Origin: a virus
Taxonomy: Duplodnaviria; Caudoviricetes
IMG/VR virus record: IMGVR_UViG_3300008116_000002
Direction: 5' to 3' (one strand)
DNA: 64,000 nt
The position numbers and the translations under genes are program-made. The notes under the pieces are model-generated. The model ran no database searches. It was not told the origin of the DNA and saw nothing but the letters and a program-made list of their open reading frames with translations. Of this stretch, positions 1 through 7,978 are shown in pieces (the stretch's first letter is position 1; every line of letters starts with the position of its first letter).

Positions 1-85
1 AATTTCTTTAGGCGAAACCGCATCTAGAAATTTAGCGGGGAAACCATCGGGTACTATTAAATTATCAGACCTATGGAACAAATCT
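1..85 (+). repeat. Direct repeat copy 1 (shared N-terminal adhesin module), partner 2452..2536
   Basis: Manual alignment 76/85 nt identical; most differences at third codon positions. Confidence 0.9.
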
Positions 86-1039
86 AGCATCATTACAATT
101 GCAATAGGGTTCCTTACAAATACAGATTCTACTTTTCAAAATCGGGGCAATAATTTAGATGGTCTAAACTTTTCTACAGAAACTACTATAGATCCCGCTG
201 CACAACTAGGTGCCAGACGAGGACATAGCGGAGCGAACTCCAGAACTAAAGGTTATGCAGCCGGCGGATATTCTGGGTGGGAAGGATGGGGAGCGTTCGG
301 TTCGCAGACTGTAACCTCGGCAGTAGATGGTTTAGTTTTTGCAACTCAAACAGCATTTACTACATCTGCTACTGCAGGTGCAAGAGGGGAATACGGAGCT
401 ACAAATTCTGAAACACGAGGATTTTGGGCGGGAGGAGCTAATTATAGTCGAGTAGTCACAAGCCTTGTTGATGGCATTAACTTTAGTACGGAGACTACAT
501 TATCTACGTCCGCTTCAATTAGAGCCAGATATACTGTGCAAGGAGTTTCATCTGCATCTAGAGGATATTACGCCGGTGGAAATAATTTTGGTGCGGGATA
601 CGGAATAGATTTTAATGAAATAGATGGTGTTATTTTTAGCAGTCTTACCTCAGTCGATCCATCTGCCGCATTAGCTACTACAAGGGGGCACACCGCCGGA
701 ATAAATTCTAATACAAAAGGATATTGGTGCGGTGGAGGTATTAATGACAGATCTCAGGCCCAGTCTTATTCAGAAATAGATGGTATAGACTTTGCTTCGG
801 AAACTTCGATCAATCCTGCGGTAGGACTATCGGTATCTAGAAGAGCCGCGGCAGGATTAAATTCTAGCACAAGGGGGTATGTATGCGGAGGATTTAATCA
901 GGCTCCTTGGCTTGCTGCACCCTTACGAGAAATTGATGGTATACTTTTCTCTTCAGAAACTCAGATAAATCCATCTGCCGCGTTAGTTATTGGAAAAGAT
1001 CGTATGGCTTCTTTTCAAGATTATGGTAATAACCCCTAA
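2..1039 (+). CDS. Tail-fibre tip / receptor-binding protein with about six kelch-like beta-propeller blades (5' truncated by window edge)
   Basis: Frame open from nt 2 (ISLGETASRNLAGKPSGTIKLSDLWNKSS...) and in frame with the 536..1039 ORF; six repeats of pattern [IVL]DG-x-F-x-[ST]ET...NS-x-T[RK]GY-x-[AC]GG; N-terminus shared with the gp38-like adhesin at 2360. Confidence 0.7.
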   Translation: MSLGETASRNLAGKPSGTIKLSDLWNKSSIITIAIGFLTNTDSTFQNRGNNLDGLNFSTETTIDPAAQLGARRGHSGANSRTKGYAAGGYSGWEGWGAFGSQTVTSAVDGLVFATQTAFTTSATAGARGEYGATNSETRGFWAGGANYSRVVTSLVDGINFSTETTLSTSASIRARYTVQGVSSASRGYYAGGNNFGAGYGIDFNEIDGVIFSSLTSVDPSAALATTRGHTAGINSNTKGYWCGGGINDRSQAQSYSEIDGIDFASETSINPAVGLSVSRRAAAGLNSSTRGYVCGGFNQAPWLAAPLREIDGILFSSETQINPSAALVIGKDRMASFQDYGNNP

Positions 1040-1047
1040 GGAGATTT

Positions 1048-1719
1048 ATGAAAACAAAAACTGAATTAACAGTACAAACAGATAATATTGATAATGTACT
1101 TAAAGAAATACAAGATGCTTTTTATGACATTCCGTTTGAAAACTCAGAATTTCAAACTGAAAATTTTGTTTTAGCTGCTCAAATTACACCTGAAAGAGCG
1201 TATAGAGCGTTGGGTCTTCGTATGTACAAAAAATTATTGGCTGTTCAGGAATCCATAATTGGAATAGAAAGAGCGAAAATTGAAGAAGAAGAAATACTTG
1301 AAACACTAAAGGATCCTACGGTTAGTAATTTTCAAAAAAGAAAACTTAGACTTGACTTAAAGTTAAGAGAAATAAATCAACCCTTTTTAGAAAAATTATT
1401 AAATGACGCCATTGTGGAATTAAATATCTTATATAGACATTTTAAAGCTTTACCGAGATATACTAGACAAGAATTTGAAACCGGCGAAAAAAGACATTTT
1501 CTTGAGACAAGTAAACGAGCATTGATGGGAATTTCGAGCCATTCTGAATCTCTGTTTAATATTGAACATGATATAAATGCTTTACTTAATTTCGAAAAAG
1601 AATTTTCTGCATTGCCCTCATCTAAAAGACATTTACTTCAAGAATTAACAGAAAAAACTATGACGAACTATCTGCAGGATTTAAATACGCCAAAAGATAT
1701 TTTGCGAATTAAAAATTAA
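1048..1719 (+). CDS. Hypothetical coiled-coil protein, possible assembly chaperone of the upstream fibre tip
   Basis: 223-aa ORF with RBS (AAGGAG), charged helical composition; function inferred from position only. Confidence 0.5.
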   Translation: MKTKTELTVQTDNIDNVLKEIQDAFYDIPFENSEFQTENFVLAAQITPERAYRALGLRMYKKLLAVQESIIGIERAKIEEEEILETLKDPTVSNFQKRKLRLDLKLREINQPFLEKLLNDAIVELNILYRHFKALPRYTRQEFETGEKRHFLETSKRALMGISSHSESLFNIEHDINALLNFEKEFSALPSSKRHLLQELTEKTMTNYLQDLNTPKDILRIKN

Positions 1720-1727
1720 AGGTAAAA

Positions 1728-2054
1728 ATGACAACCCCAGCAAGTCCAACTCAACTGGCAGAAGTAGAAGCAGAAAATAAATCTGATACGATATTAGAGG
1801 AGAAAATATCAGACGAACTATTTGAGGAATTTGCCAACAAAGGATGGTTGGCTTTTAAACCTGAACCAACAGTTCTTCCAAAACCTCCTCCACCAAAAAA
1901 TGATGAGTTATATATCTGGGACGAAACTATTGAAAATTGGGTCGCAATTAAATCTAAAAATGACTCAGACGCGACAAATATTGAAGATGCTGTTAAGGAA
2001 GAATTAATAGTTCAACCTGAAGAAGAATTTTTATATTTTAAAATAGAAGACTAA
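1728..2054 (+). CDS. Acidic hypothetical protein with tail-fibre-assembly-like motif
   Basis: PKPPPPKNDELYIWDETIENW resembles the P-x-P...Y-x-WDE-xxx-W motif common in small fibre-associated proteins. Confidence 0.45.
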   Translation: MTTPASPTQLAEVEAENKSDTILEEKISDELFEEFANKGWLAFKPEPTVLPKPPPPKNDELYIWDETIENWVAIKSKNDSDATNIEDAVKEELIVQPEEEFLYFKIED

Positions 2055-2079
2055 CTATTTTTAAACTAAAAGGCGTATT

Positions 2080-2331
2080 ATGAAAACATATAAAGTTTTT
2101 GATCCATATAATGGATTATACTCCGATGCTAGCACATTAGAAGACCTTAAAAAAATACTAGCAGAAAAAGCGTGGGAAGCTTTTTTAAAAATTACTAACA
2201 ATAATCCTTATACAATAGTAGAAGTTGATGAGCAAGGAAACGAAACTTGGAAAACTATGAAAGGGGAACCTATGATATCCCCCGAAGAAATAAAGAACAT
2301 GATAGAAAAATCATTACATTCCCGTAGATAA
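2080..2331 (+). CDS. Hypothetical protein (83 aa) upstream of adhesin
   Basis: ORF with RBS-like AAGGCG, tight operon spacing. Confidence 0.55.
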   Translation: MKTYKVFDPYNGLYSDASTLEDLKKILAEKAWEAFLKITNNNPYTIVEVDEQGNETWKTMKGEPMISPEEIKNMIEKSLHSRR

Positions 2332-2359
2332 TTTTTAGACTAAACTAGAGAGAATTTAT

Positions 2360-3514
2360 ATGGCAACTCCTGCAGGGACTCCCAGTAGCCCACTTAGAAT
2401 CGACCTTGCAAGACACGTTGGTGTTGAGATAGGAAGGTCTGCTACTACACAAGTTTCTTTGGGCGAAACCGCAACTAGAAATTTAGCAGGCAAACCATCC
2501 GGTACCATTAAATTATCAGACCTATGGAGTAAATCTTCAGAAATACTTGTAACTATAAGTGCAGATATAGTCAATCATACAATTAATATTTCTTCTATAC
2601 CCGGATATGTGGCGGGTAAAACTAATATAAGAATAAAAGTAAATCCTGGAGTATACGTGTACTCTACTTCTACCTCTATTCCCGCATTGACCATAACTGG
2701 AGCAACTACGGGAGATAATATTATTTTAGAAAATAATGGTTACATAATGGGTAAGGGCGGCGGTGGAGGAGATGCTAGAGGAGGTAGACCGCTAGGATAT
2801 ACTGTTCCCGGTACTCCAGGTGGACCTGCCATAAGTTTAACATATCCGGCAGCTACTATGTCAATCGCTACTACAAATGGTTACATTGCAGGCGGAGGCG
2901 GGGGTGGAGGATGTGGTGTGGGGGAATACGCGTATGGCGGAGGTGGTGCAGGTGGAGGTGAAGGGGGAGGGCGGAGAGCCCTTGCTAGTACCGCCACATA
3001 CCCCCCTTACACAGGAGGAGATGTGGCGGGCGGATTGCCAGGTAGAGTAGGAAGTAATGGTCCCGTTTTTTATGTCTCCTGGGATGCAAGTTGGGCAGCA
3101 TCGGGTGGAGGTGGCGGTAGAATTTTACCAGGTAATCGAACTCCGGGAAATCCAATTACATGGCTAGGGCGCACACCTGGAGATCCAGATTGGACTCCTA
3201 CGTATACAGGATTAGGTGGTACAGGAGGTCAAGCCGGAGGATCTGGAGGAACCCAAGCTTGGGTTGGATCTCCTACTACTGGAGGTTACGGTGGTGCTTC
3301 AGGTGAGGTAGGACAAAGCGGTCTGCCGGGCGGAGTAGGAGGTGCCGGCGGTGGGGGAGGTGGTTGGGGTGCGAGCGGAGGTGCGGGTGCGGGACAAATT
3401 GGATTTTATCTCGCAACTCCTGGTGGAAGCGGAGGTCAAGCAATTACTCTAAATGGTAAAGCGGTAACCTTTATAGGTCCCACAACCGGTAGAATATTTG
3501 GAGCGATATCCTAA
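2360..3514 (+). CDS. gp38-like glycine-rich tail-fibre adhesin (polyglycine II sandwich type)
   Basis: Motif order NNGYIMGKGGGGG, GGPAISL, NGYIAGGGGGGG and C-terminal GGQAI...GRIFGAIS parallels T2/T6-type gp38 adhesins; Gly runs separated by aromatic-rich loops. Confidence 0.75.
   Translation: MATPAGTPSSPLRIDLARHVGVEIGRSATTQVSLGETATRNLAGKPSGTIKLSDLWSKSSEILVTISADIVNHTINISSIPGYVAGKTNIRIKVNPGVYVYSTSTSIPALTITGATTGDNIILENNGYIMGKGGGGGDARGGRPLGYTVPGTPGGPAISLTYPAATMSIATTNGYIAGGGGGGGCGVGEYAYGGGGAGGGEGGGRRALASTATYPPYTGGDVAGGLPGRVGSNGPVFYVSWDASWAASGGGGGRILPGNRTPGNPITWLGRTPGDPDWTPTYTGLGGTGGQAGGSGGTQAWVGSPTTGGYGGASGEVGQSGLPGGVGGAGGGGGGWGASGGAGAGQIGFYLATPGGSGGQAITLNGKAVTFIGPTTGRIFGAIS
2452..2536 (+). repeat. 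Direct repeat copy 2 (shared N-terminal adhesin module), partner 1..85
   Basis: Encodes VSLGETATRNLAGKPSGTIKLSDLWSKS versus ISLGETASRNLAGKPSGTIKLSDLWNKS. Confidence 0.9.
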
Positions 3515-3519
3515 TTCTA

Positions 3520-3548
3520 TTGACTTTTATTTGAAACTATATTATACT
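3520..3548 (+). promoter_or_regulatory. sigma70-type promoter (early/middle)
   Basis: TTGACT (3520-3525), 17-nt spacer, TATACT (3543-3548). Confidence 0.8.
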
Positions 3549-3553
3549 ATGAT

Positions 3554-4210
3554 ATGTTTACACATATAGATCAATCAAATTTACCAAAATTAAAACGAGT
3601 CACTAATGACGATGGTTCTCGTTTATACGAAACGCCCACCGGCGAAAAATATCCTTCGGTTACTACAATAACAGGACTCCTAAAAAGAGATATAATTTTA
3701 GAATGGCGCAAAAGAGTAGGTGATCAAGAAGCCAACAAAATTAGTTCAACCGCGGCAAGACGAGGAACTAGAATTCACACCCTATGTGAAAAATATCTAA
3801 GTAACGAAGAAATCAATCCCACTATTTTTGATTCTCAAAATTGGAATGAACTTAAAGAATATCTAGATAAGATAAACAATATTCATGTTTTAGAAAAGCC
3901 TTTATTTTCTCATCATCTTCAGATTGCAGGTACCGTTGACTGCATCGCAGAATATAACGGTAAGCTTGCAGTTATAGATTTTAAAACATCTAAACGAAAT
4001 AAAACTAAAGAAGATATCCATGATTACTTTATGCAATGCTCTGCATATTCTGTAGCATACGAGGAAATGACAGGAATACCTGTACCGAATATTCTAATAC
4101 TAATTTCAACAGATGAATATGGTGTTCTTCCTTTTGCGGAGAAAAGAGATGCATGGATTTCAGAATTTATTAAACTTAGAGAAAAATATAGACAAATACA
4201 TAAAATTTAG
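3554..4210 (+). CDS. PD-(D/E)XK (Cas4-like) exonuclease of T4-like phages
   Basis: YPSVTTI, RGTRIH, IAGTVDCIAEYNGKLAVIDFKTS, YFMQCSAY motifs. Confidence 0.85.
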   Translation: MFTHIDQSNLPKLKRVTNDDGSRLYETPTGEKYPSVTTITGLLKRDIILEWRKRVGDQEANKISSTAARRGTRIHTLCEKYLSNEEINPTIFDSQNWNELKEYLDKINNIHVLEKPLFSHHLQIAGTVDCIAEYNGKLAVIDFKTSKRNKTKEDIHDYFMQCSAYSVAYEEMTGIPVPNILILISTDEYGVLPFAEKRDAWISEFIKLREKYRQIHKI

Positions 4211-4221
4211 ATTTCGTAATT

Positions 4222-4512
4222 ATGTTCACTGATGCTTATATTTTTCTTAAAAATGACTATAAATCTTTTCCTCTTAGATTTATAGTTGAGACAACATGTT
4301 GGATAGCTGTAGTTATTAATACTATACTAATTACAATCTACGTACCGAATGTGCCCTGGTTGATTTGCTATCCAATTTGGATTGTTGCTTGTATATTTGG
4401 TATGTGGACTTCCTATACTAGAGGATATTCTGTAGGCATTATGAGCTGTGCTGTTTATGCAATAATTGACGCAATAGGACTATATAGATATTTAGCAGTA
4501 ACTAGTATTTGA
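4222..4512 (+). CDS. Small membrane protein
   Basis: 96 aa with three to four hydrophobic stretches. Confidence 0.6.
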   Translation: MFTDAYIFLKNDYKSFPLRFIVETTCWIAVVINTILITIYVPNVPWLICYPIWIVACIFGMWTSYTRGYSVGIMSCAVYAIIDAIGLYRYLAVTSI

Positions 4513-4519
4513 ATTGTTG

Positions 4520-4834
4520 TAACTCCTTCAAAGTGAAGGCATTCTGGACGGCGGTTCAATTCCGCCCACCTCCACCATAAGCATTCTAAACTGGCCGCAG
4601 GATCGGAGAAGGTTGAAAGCGGATTAGCTACCGCAAAGTAAACTGGAGATCAAGAATGCTTTTGATGGGGGTGACCTGGTTTCGACAGGGTGAGATAGCA
4701 GAGACGGCAACACGTCAGGCGATCGACGTTAATGAAGCAAATATAGTAATCGCAAACGACGAGTACTACGCATTAGCAGCCTAAACGCTGCTTAGGGTTC
4801 GGTGGGTTCCTCGTAACAGAATACCCACCATTTT
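4520..4834 (+). ncRNA. ssrA: Circularly permuted (two-piece) tmRNA
   Basis: Acceptor piece with T-arm GGCGG-TTCAATT-CCGCC and CACCTCC-A-CCA ending at 4577 lies upstream of the 5' piece GGGGGTG at 4667; the 7-bp acceptor stem has G3:U70; CAGGGTG pairs with CATTCTG; tag frame GCA AAC GAC GAG TAC TAC GCA TTA GCA GCC TAA (ANDEYYALAA, 4752-4784); terminal hairpin 4801-4829. Outer ends approximate. Confidence 0.93.
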
Positions 4835-4848
4835 AAAAAGGATAATAT

Positions 4849-5451
4849 ATGTCTTTTAAAACTGAATTATATGAAGTAGTAAAAAATGCTGTGCCAGAAG
4901 AACTTCTTAAGTTTGTCAATATGGAATTAGAATTATTGAAGAAGGTTAATTATCTATCCAACGGGGTAGATGAATCCAATACTACTTTCTTTCAGGACGA
5001 TCAATGTAAAAATTCTTTTCCGTGGTATAGTGCTTTTTGTACAGAAACACTTGGTCTATACCTACAGCCAAAAATAGAAGAAGTCACAGGTAAAACTCTT
5101 TATCCAACTTATACCTATATGAGGCTTTACTACACTGGTTCAGATATGGCAAGGCATACTGATAGACCAAGTTGTGAGTATTCTGCAACCATTTGTATAT
5201 CTAATGACCCTGAACCTTGGGAAATTTATTTTGAGAACTTAAAGGGCAAGGAGAAGGCAATTTATTTACAGCCTGGTGATATGATCGTTTATAAAGGTGA
5301 TATATTACCTCATTGGAGAAACGAATATAAGGGCAACAGACAAGCGCAGGTATTCACACACTTTGTAGATGCTAACGGTAAATATAGAGATTATATTTAC
5401 GATCGCAGACCATACTTAGGTTTTCCTTCAAACCCTAGAAACACTAGATAA
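4849..5451 (+). CDS. 2OG-Fe(II) oxygenase
   Basis: HxD (ARHTDRPSCEYSATICI), distal His (LPHWR) and QVFTHFV strand typical of phage 2OG oxygenases. Confidence 0.85.
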   Translation: MSFKTELYEVVKNAVPEELLKFVNMELELLKKVNYLSNGVDESNTTFFQDDQCKNSFPWYSAFCTETLGLYLQPKIEEVTGKTLYPTYTYMRLYYTGSDMARHTDRPSCEYSATICISNDPEPWEIYFENLKGKEKAIYLQPGDMIVYKGDILPHWRNEYKGNRQAQVFTHFVDANGKYRDYIYDRRPYLGFPSNPRNTR

Positions 5452-5452
5452 T

Positions 5453-5986
5453 ATGAGCACACTAAAAGAACTGACTTGGGAAAAACATAAAGAAGCGGAA
5501 GACCAACCCTTTATAAAATCTATTTTTAAAGGCCAAGTTGATAAGGATCAGTATACAGATTATCTCTATCAGCTTAGGATTTTATATACGAAATTAGAAA
5601 TTCTTGGCGATGGTTTAGGTATCTTCGATGGGATGGAAGATCTAAAAAGAGCTAAAGCTATTACTTTAGATTATGCAGAACTTGCGAACGGACATACTCA
5701 GTTCCATGTTATTCGCAATTCTACTTTAGATTATTTAGATTATCTTAATACTATTCAAGATAACAAAGACAAAGTAATGGCACACATCTATGTTCGTCAT
5801 ACCGGAGATCTATTCGGAGGACAAGCCTTAGCTAAACTTTTACCTGGGCCCAATAATATGTTTAAGTTTGAAGACATACCTAATCTGGTACAAAAGATTC
5901 GTTCTAAAATTGATGTATCGATGGCACCTGAAGCTAACAGAGCTTTTGATTTTAATATTAGCATGATCAAAGAATATAATGTCTGA
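5453..5986 (+). CDS. ho1: Heme oxygenase
   Basis: N-terminal LKELTWEKHKEAE (proximal His) and HIYVRHTGDLFGGQ signature. Confidence 0.9.
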   Translation: MSTLKELTWEKHKEAEDQPFIKSIFKGQVDKDQYTDYLYQLRILYTKLEILGDGLGIFDGMEDLKRAKAITLDYAELANGHTQFHVIRNSTLDYLDYLNTIQDNKDKVMAHIYVRHTGDLFGGQALAKLLPGPNNMFKFEDIPNLVQKIRSKIDVSMAPEANRAFDFNISMIKEYNV

Positions 5987-6665
5987 TACATTTGAGGTTT
6001 GGCCTAGAGCCAGAGAGTTAGCAGATAAGATTATATCTCGTTTTAATTCTTATGAGCGAGAGGATATTAATCCTGAGTATGAGATACACGTAGATAATTT
6101 TACGTGGAAAAATTACTTATGGAAGTCTGAAAAATTTAAAAGAGCTCACATAGAAATTGTAGACGCCTCTGAAACTAAAAAGATGTGGGTTATGCATATG
6201 TGCATTTATCCTCATTATAATTCTTCTGATCCAATATTTGGTTTTGATATTGTCTGCGGTAAAAATAAAATTACTGGGGCTTTTCACGATTTCTCTTTTA
6301 TTGGATTATCTGATCTTTATAATTGGTTTCAAGGAACCATGCTAAATGTTAAATGGTCTAAACCAAGAGATCTTCCTGATTGGGCAAAGAAGATCTTTAG
6401 TCCAGCAATGCTAGCAGCAGGAAACATTCAAACCGAAGAAGAGTTTAATCAATTGGAAAAAGTCGTTATAGACAATCTTGATTATTACCTTTATAATGTA
6501 GGTAAAGTAGTAACAGGTTCTGATTTTTCTTCGAGGCATGATCATTATTGTAAGAATCAGAAATTAAACCCACACACTCCTGCCATGATGGAAACTTTTG
6601 GTGTTGATAAACAGGTTTTTGCGAAATTTATGGACGAAGTTTTATTCCCAGAGAAACATGGATAA
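5979..6665 (+). CDS. Ferredoxin-dependent bilin reductase, PcyX/PcyA-like
   Basis: FKRAHIEIVD, MHMCIYP, PIFGFDIVCG, GAFHDFS, YCKNQKLNPHT and C-terminal EVLFP motifs; overlaps the heme oxygenase stop. Confidence 0.88.
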   Translation: MSDTFEVWPRARELADKIISRFNSYEREDINPEYEIHVDNFTWKNYLWKSEKFKRAHIEIVDASETKKMWVMHMCIYPHYNSSDPIFGFDIVCGKNKITGAFHDFSFIGLSDLYNWFQGTMLNVKWSKPRDLPDWAKKIFSPAMLAAGNIQTEEEFNQLEKVVIDNLDYYLYNVGKVVTGSDFSSRHDHYCKNQKLNPHTPAMMETFGVDKQVFAKFMDEVLFPEKHG

Positions 6666-6924
6666 AGAAATAGAATACATTTTAACAGACAGTTTAATTA
6701 TAACCAAAAAATTTAGATCACCCAATGAGTTTTCTTTACATATTGAAGAGAGGGTTTTGAGAGAAAAAATAGGATATATGGATGCGGTTATTCAATATTG
6801 TGAGGAAGTAGATATAGATATTGAATCCATATCTAAATTAATTAATCAGTCTCTAAAAGATAAAATACAGAATGAGGCTGAAGAAAATAACTTTATGAAA
6901 CGTAGAGGAAAATTGCCCCTGTGA
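6658..6924 (+). CDS. gp33: Late transcription co-activator gp33
   Basis: FSLHIEE...GYMDAVIQYCEEVDIDIESISKLINQSLKDKIQNEAEENNF...KLPL; start taken at ATG 6658 rather than 6598. Confidence 0.85.
   Translation: MDKEIEYILTDSLIITKKFRSPNEFSLHIEERVLREKIGYMDAVIQYCEEVDIDIESISKLINQSLKDKIQNEAEENNFMKRRGKLPL
6812..6895 (+). repeat. 84-bp perfect inverted repeat, copy inside gp33 (partner 8961..9044)
   Basis: Base-by-base comparison shows 6812..6895 equals the reverse complement of 8961..9044. Confidence 0.95.
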
Positions 6925-7532
6925 TTATGGATGAGTTCTCAGTGTATAAAATGTATATTGCTTTAAAGCTGCATTTTACTACAGATAATTATGATATAAC
7001 TAAAAGAAACGGAAAGGTGAGAGCTAGTAGAGATGCCTTTAATAAAAGAAAAGATCTTTTCTCTATAAGAAAAATAGCTAAGTCTTATTCCGATGAGGAA
7101 GTTGCTAATTTTTTAATTTCAAATTTTGTATCAGGTAATCGTTGGGGTGGGGTATTTGATTCTGATGCGGGGAAAACATACCTTGAATGGAAAGGTAAGA
7201 TGGAAAGCCTTTCCTACATATTTACTAATGAACTAGATAATCTGATAATGGAGTTGGAATCTCAAAAAATTAGTTTAGCTGATTCCTTTCAGATCACAAA
7301 AGCCCAGCATCCATATATATTGAAGGCTTATTTGAGAAATACTATATCTCTGGAAACTCTAACTATCATAGAAAAGGTTATGCCTTTTGTAGAAACTTTT
7401 GATAGTAAATTATCTGCAGATTTAGTATGGCCGGATGTTTCTAGACTTATTAAAAAGTATAAACCATTTTTAAAAATTGACAAAGAAAAGTACAATGGAA
7501 TATTCGAATCAAGATGTGGAACTGGATATTAA
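6921..7532 (+). CDS. gp59: Helicase loader gp59
   Basis: VYKMYIALKLHFTTDNYD...RKDLF...FLISNF...W; conserved gp33-gp59-gp32 synteny. Confidence 0.85.
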   Translation: MIMDEFSVYKMYIALKLHFTTDNYDITKRNGKVRASRDAFNKRKDLFSIRKIAKSYSDEEVANFLISNFVSGNRWGGVFDSDAGKTYLEWKGKMESLSYIFTNELDNLIMELESQKISLADSFQITKAQHPYILKAYLRNTISLETLTIIEKVMPFVETFDSKLSADLVWPDVSRLIKKYKPFLKIDKEKYNGIFESRCGTGY

Positions 7533-7728
7533 TACCAGAAAAATTAAAGAACTTGAAAAAGAACTATATGTCACAAGAGAATTATTAACCAATTGTATAG
7601 ATTCACTAAAAGAAACTCAAAGATTTATTATGAAACTCGCATATAATCAATCTGAGATTACTAAAAGGGTTTCATCTTGGCCCTATATTGTGGTGTCGTC
7701 ATCAAAAGACGATGATGAAGAAGTTTAA
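7495..7728 (+). CDS. Hypothetical coiled-coil protein
   Basis: ORF overlapping the gp59 end; start ATG 7495 or TTG 7477. Confidence 0.5.
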   Translation: MEYSNQDVELDINTRKIKELEKELYVTRELLTNCIDSLKETQRFIMKLAYNQSEITKRVSSWPYIVVSSSKDDDEEV

Positions 7729-7751
7729 TAGTAGGAGAGTAAAATTTAACT

Positions 7752-7940
7752 ATGTCAGTTAAGAAAAAGAACTTTGATCTCGACAGAGAGAAAAAAATTA
7801 AAAACGTTCGGCAAAAAAATGTGCTAGACAAGCACAGAAAATTAATATATAATATTGCATCATCCAAGAACATTGTTTCTGAAGATGATGACGAATTAGA
7901 TTATGTGTATGCAACTGATACAAAAATCAAACGTCGTTAA
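7752..7940 (+). CDS. Hypothetical protein (62 aa)
   Basis: ORF with AGGAG RBS, basic N-terminus and acidic patch. Confidence 0.55.
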   Translation: MSVKKKNFDLDREKKIKNVRQKNVLDKHRKLIYNIASSKNIVSEDDDELDYVYATDTKIKRR

Positions 7941-7978
7941 TACATCGTTTATACAACGCTTATACAAGGAGTACTATT

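Noticed and set aside
3554-4210. Cas4 as evidence of a CRISPR-related system
   Set aside because: Stand-alone PD-(D/E)XK exonuclease common in T4-like phages; no cas genes or array in the window.
4466-4494. TTGACG as a possible dedicated tmRNA promoter
   Set aside because: No acceptable -10 hexamer at 16-18 nt spacing.
4541-4577. tRNA-like 3' half ending in CCA, possible tRNA gene
   Set aside because: No D or anticodon arm upstream; its acceptor partner lies downstream at 4667, so it is the acceptor piece of a permuted tmRNA.
6598-6657. Longer TTG-started version of gp33 in the ORF track
   Set aside because: Extension overlaps the bilin reductase C-terminus and has no gp33-like character; ATG 6658 is more plausible.
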